From a virus (lineage: Duplodnaviria > Caudoviricetes), in IMG/VR virus record IMGVR_UViG_3300044987_002418, positions 1 to 38,778 of that record: a stretch of DNA of 38,778 nt; one strand, written 5' to 3'. The notes beneath the pieces were generated by a model. That model was not told the origin of the DNA. It saw nothing but the letters and a program-made list of their open reading frames with translations, and made no database searches. Both the position numbers and the translations under genes were made by a program. This document shows, one piece after another, positions 37,501 through 38,778 of this stretch (its first letter is position 1; each line of letters starts with the position of its first letter).

Positions 37501-38777
37501 TTATTAGTATTATACCACTCAACTCCATGTACATAAGCAACTGGTATCCCTTGTGAATTGTATGTAAACATAGGCACTGATTCAATATATTCAGTGCTTG
37601 TCATAAATTTGGGGTCTTTTGCTAATCCTTCTGCAACCCAAATATTATAAGGAGTAGTTACTTTTTTTCCATTTTTATATGAAGTAATTACAGTTTGTGA
37701 AAGAATACTACCATCAGGAATACCAACAGTTAAAACTTCTCCTTTGTTATATTTATCAGGATGTAATAATTCCCTGGAAGCTATAAGAGTTTCTCCTTGT
37801 AATTCAGAACTTGTAGTTATTCTTTCAGTTGTGCCATCTGAATTTATTACTTCATCATATTGCATAGAAAGAAAACCTAATTTCAAATCAGAAGATACAG
37901 TTTTATATCCTTCAACAGGTTTAATAGGTGCTCCTTCTTCAGTATAACCAATTATTGGTTCATCTTCTTGCTCTATTTTATCTGCAGATTTTTTATTTTC
38001 TGCCTCTACTTCTTCTCTAGTTTCAACTCCATCATTTTCTGTAAACATAGATTCATCAAGAAGGCTATTAGCTAAAGTTTTTAAAGGGTCAAATATTTTA
38101 TTATATTCTCCTTTAAAATCTAAAGCCTCATAGTTATTTAAAGACCATCCTAGAGATAAAACATTATAATATTCCTCTGCTTGTTGGAGAGTAGTTCTTT
38201 TGGCAAATTCAGTTACAACTTCTGAAAACTTAGGTTTTCTTCCTAAAGTAGAAGCCAAAACATCATACATACTACCTATTGTAGTTTTTATATGCTGTTT
38301 TTTCTCATCTGACATAGTGCCTAAAGTTCTAGGTAAATCTTCAAAGAAAAGTTTTTCTTCTTCTACAATAGTACCTGTACTTGATGGTTTAACTGGTGCT
38401 GTTTTTACTGTGCCATCTCCCTCTACTTCAAATAAAGTGGTTAAAGCATCTGCAGCATCTTTGAATTGTTTATTTCTTTCAGTTTGTTCAAGTCTTTGTT
38501 CTTCTTCTTTTTGTAAAGTAATTTTATTTTGTTCTTCAGCTTCTAGTCTTTCAAGAGCTTGTTCAGGAGTTTCTTCTTCTTGATTAGCTAACTTAATTTC
38601 TTCTGCTTTTTTTCTAATATCTTCTTGTTTAAGATAATCATCATAAGCTTTTTGTTTTTTAACAAAAGCTATTTCTTGTCTTTTTATTTCTGCTATTCTT
38701 TTTTCAGAAAGACCAGTTGTTTTTACAGCAGATTCTTTTGTGGTCCAAGCATCTTGAAATGTTAATACATCCTTAAC
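28563..38777 (-). CDS. Giant virion-associated DNA-dependent RNA polymerase polyprotein with zincin peptidase domain; 5'-truncated by the window
   Basis: Catalytic GIDFDIDK (DFDID at 32160-32174) preceded by FRTPT, plus TDAQEY and zincin HEFVH (29382-29396) with downstream EFVT. There is no stop codon upstream of ATG 38315 up to the window edge, so the protein is at least 3404 aa. Confidence 0.9.
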   Translation of the reverse strand, partial: VKDVLTFQDAWTTKESAVKTTGLSEKRIAEIKRQEIAFVKKQKAYDDYLKQEDIRKKAEEIKLANQEEETPEQALERLEAEEQNKITLQKEEEQRLEQTERNKQFKDAADALTTLFEVEGDGTVKTAPVKPSSTGTIVEEEKLFFEDLPRTLGTMSDEKKQHIKTTIGSMYDVLASTLGRKPKFSEVVTEFAKRTTLQQAEEYYNVLSLGWSLNNYEALDFKGEYNKIFDPLKTLANSLLDESMFTENDGVETREEVEAENKKSADKIEQEDEPIIGYTEEGAPIKPVEGYKTVSSDLKLGFLSMQYDEVINSDGTTERITTSSELQGETLIASRELLHPDKYNKGEVLTVGIPDGSILSQTVITSYKNGKKVTTPYNIWVAEGLAKDPKFMTSTEYIESVPMFTYNSQGIPVAYVHGVEWYNTNNIGPNDNPPLQAEIIQNGKKEVSELRHAIINEGLTHIEIQSKTGVKYAEIPKGTPALTLTEANPQAILVIGMEQNGQVVAKIGTQNFENNKRVLLNPEKMNDTNPKKNGLGKAYDLRRIGTNEKGQETWMAFDVLPMANTITDTDRSTIKWTLAAFFKLSGYDSTLSSKTVEYDPNITNITKEEAQAIADKVFKETGYDISSRDDVRKFLDLYVDMRIFEYSQFANKYFATDTAPTLKTPIHRSNAGLGTNAKMITISEDKTVTNTNKTYEDYYKGIFKTTVKSFNIGTEENPVWITAVQPSIKFGYKQKPVITPEVIVKEEVKKTTEDVKEAAEKRNSIEDVKNKAQELLKKFGLNRNQTFEDMPVQVTDTTAIAGAFKTTPGITIQEEATLVDFIFNSISKAIGIDKSSSANKSKLLFDIKNAYNDNILANKKELEAGHKALVELYESDPITYEEILPSIKEIERGLEIYGNIENNWENIQDKAVEKIKQYTGIKEGISEDEVDDTSQREKDYSKTSLEEDGKSKSSYRLRRFFAGFARRTADGNPKVGFLGLPEYVGFNEVYDTIAQLLSSPNESASNFDEMISRLQRAETSHKWLPDVVEALLKADNQIKREFVYNFTKHALSMKFAMYSSNARGGYSLKMYDTNANEITKLIKNTWKSNFKMKDLVKTEEGEYAIDKVKAKNLQDQFEKWGDNAPQINKEEVRTWLGEFGIILSDDAWKELTTAGYYINGNGFLTYDKLFTSQFGLFKQLNNYLVDIAETKDTGFEVNENNHPFTNLGRILNVMATLESKYTNQAMTLSFRDNGKSIFGLTPNKYATDRVLALKQYNEEGFNELVDKLQRISISSDSYILQLLQIEEEFRGKFGVDHIGITALKELGKKESPFSSVTDLSDIDHDVTKMTGFQDTKQGEIKATVSEDGSIKAGGNGIGMRMGRMFMPTMSDKSQMLLLSTGIFNFFKDRKKSFEIDTDNNFTFTDTLKNLLFNQLVKPELKRIAKFHKTIGKTNIEGYNLGAQIFNFIPAFNNIKDADGHRIIELMRIAPDVYTAEYVEEKFKSQFSEILKKVVDSKVDTKVSNWESSLVRDDQNKVTKIKFFDENYLSEAQGIPLETKFKLGMYDFVLNSMVTNASMYTIMAGDPALFSTDKLFSNFSVDNIEISKIATVYGKEKVFTEVYSSHKEFVKALNSFYANGLITDALYKEMLEKITPIATSGTDANYLTLAETLGVNLGKRLALLLAPGNKIANSKGKTYMQIFLKDDVGIAENINYLIGLYYGKEAETKAKGLVEQYYNAENEAQRNEIKEGLKKSYPLLKDYLFIPSTDAQEYTTVEEHLNILENQGRIPDNKLTEIRETLAEGKNLSKAQLDFVLQPIKPVYTGQVMDEKQDVARTIYIKSSSFPLLPQMTKGRRLDGLRVKMEELEKESKLPVRASYQTANKVGAMNNPVDPFNKESLATAGDSALILSRDNFRIQQDVPFKSDLKKEDKISMGTQIFKLLFGDGMLDQEDFVINGKTLNGRQLYDYFNDSFSKLIDIKKRGLYRELGLTADGLPINEEVFIKKLQKLLQSEAIDRGYPRQDVEGLSFVQKTNSDGSTYYDFKLPLWLSSNSNRYEALLNAIVTNRVIKQKMPGNSFVIGSEVGFEMSEDIADLKDSGIINIGGHKGGPLKGVQDDVTGKFTYAEIYAPSKFKDNNGKLIDLYEKDKTTNKYKYLEETKENGLQLKEGVIDLELLNNFSFRTPTSFHASASIIKVVGFLPPVNGDLMIVPKNFIAQKGIDFDIDKENTYQLWNVLNKRTNKIEVISEVHKEQAIKGLRKKLETPEVEGVERDINDPLEAFISSAIGKDYSKTMGDTSLTTEEKIEAISEKFEQKILENEFIKVHMSLYANPNVEVQQKINKVLSMDFASGQADFIDDLVNKNVDKSNFTILSDDYQKAKMGLGAAGKMAIGVYSNYVTFHSLSQQIEIPIHLENGVGGRKEIQIGNFKSDGVLGSILTLDGDRNISEVLAEKQNTATDNEKEQVLGRVNVNGITINVDAILTLLGFDKGEKVGSQETSIPYLFLSQPIIKDFVKMTQESQAITSVYNHNKDKMIINALIKKYSKEYEKDKNVPILTLDEFNRLTPHLTSANMINEISSEESSIPGLQLAVLQQFLELKDYATELSSIQGVVNTTSLGKSIVESNQKMNRLSNLPDSKTIIGAQQLIGDYILTSKVKTKPDGYVLVGKYYVKSNTPQGHIVLNGITVGNSLWNSFFPYADDNVKTVVAEIEEITSSSEKSDTRKIEMQFAIFKEIKKYINSNFKNGLFTNNASEERKELFIDTKTHMSLASYMNDLKNTKISNVDTVNKEGVYNLKNSRLFTKFEFDLNSNGEPSLIKFNNSAKENFDEDYLYTAIAEMTVNKYPLPDKNGEVYDTRKLAADLVAYAYLEGGVQEAIQFAKYIPIEYLEDIGFTEQMQKYSPKKTTNVFHSTLGIKEFTEENNNQTHTFVKQYIQHNPGDATQFDPSLEKDLFQNPVKEKNKLISFKLNAEEFPKFISKRESTKSKRKQDKFSLFQHIGNGEYQRISILGAFGMNEYDFNNENAHSLLDDAEPAVVKNVPNVKKASTLNEMNDVFKIVGGNTEEILTKIAGYRDGKYRHFPKLVEFLLPLVKNNLTIVVEDTSKGGTMAKANGRTIVEEGSDKVIIVIDSDLMASNNHTQIARTFIHEFVHSVTINELSKYFDRRTGKQITPDLPLHVSRLLQVFNATKVALGPELDAFNNKRNKHLKGELPSDTTYGAKELEITYAGSNIFEFVTTALTEPAFQEKMSQTEFRKSGESLWNRFKSTVMNLLSANSIDIKLDSITFEALSSTLDFIEVEAEENAQNNKIRTAPKQNRYGSEEFIEVNRMGKEPAIEDQYTDIINNALNGLDLPMTESNKAEIDAIFEANPTLQNIGSKEDYTKFLGYAQIEGKNPIKTDVKGFQNYINGLTSESLDNLPDICN

Positions 38778-38778
38778 T

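Noticed and set aside
38313-38315. ATG 38315 as the start of the RNAP gene
   Set aside because: The frame stays open with protein-like sequence to the window end.
1-38778. Alternative genetic code (TAG/TGA reassignment, seen in some crAss-like phages)
   Set aside because: Long intact ORFs translate under the standard code. TAG (3788, 5486, 10260) and TGA (22943) end genes at sensible boundaries.
1-38778. tRNA genes, CRISPR arrays, integrase
   Set aside because: No cloverleaf, regularly spaced repeats or recombinase motifs were seen, and intergenic space is minimal.

Overview
This is an AT-rich fragment of a crAss-like (Crassvirales-type) lytic phage, probably with a Bacteroidota host (inference). 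It uses the standard genetic code, with TAA, TAG and TGA all serving as stops. The + strand (1-23.5 kb) is a replication/recombination module: SF1 and SF2 helicases, a family A DNA polymerase, a DnaB-like helicase, an AAA/Sak4-like ATPase split by a group I intron carrying a GIY-YIG homing endonuclease, a primase, two PD-(D/E)xK nucleases, GroES-GroEL, a degenerate dUTPase and many small ORFs. The - strand (23.8 kb to the end) carries a giant (>3400 aa, open beyond the window) virion RNA polymerase/zincin polyprotein and a 1572-aa virion cargo-type protein. The most striking element, directly after the primase, is an apparently complete phage-encoded ubiquitin-like conjugation operon: Ubl fusion, E2-like, JAB/JAMM peptidase and E1/ThiF (11367-15293). 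All calls come from reading motifs by eye; no database searches were run.
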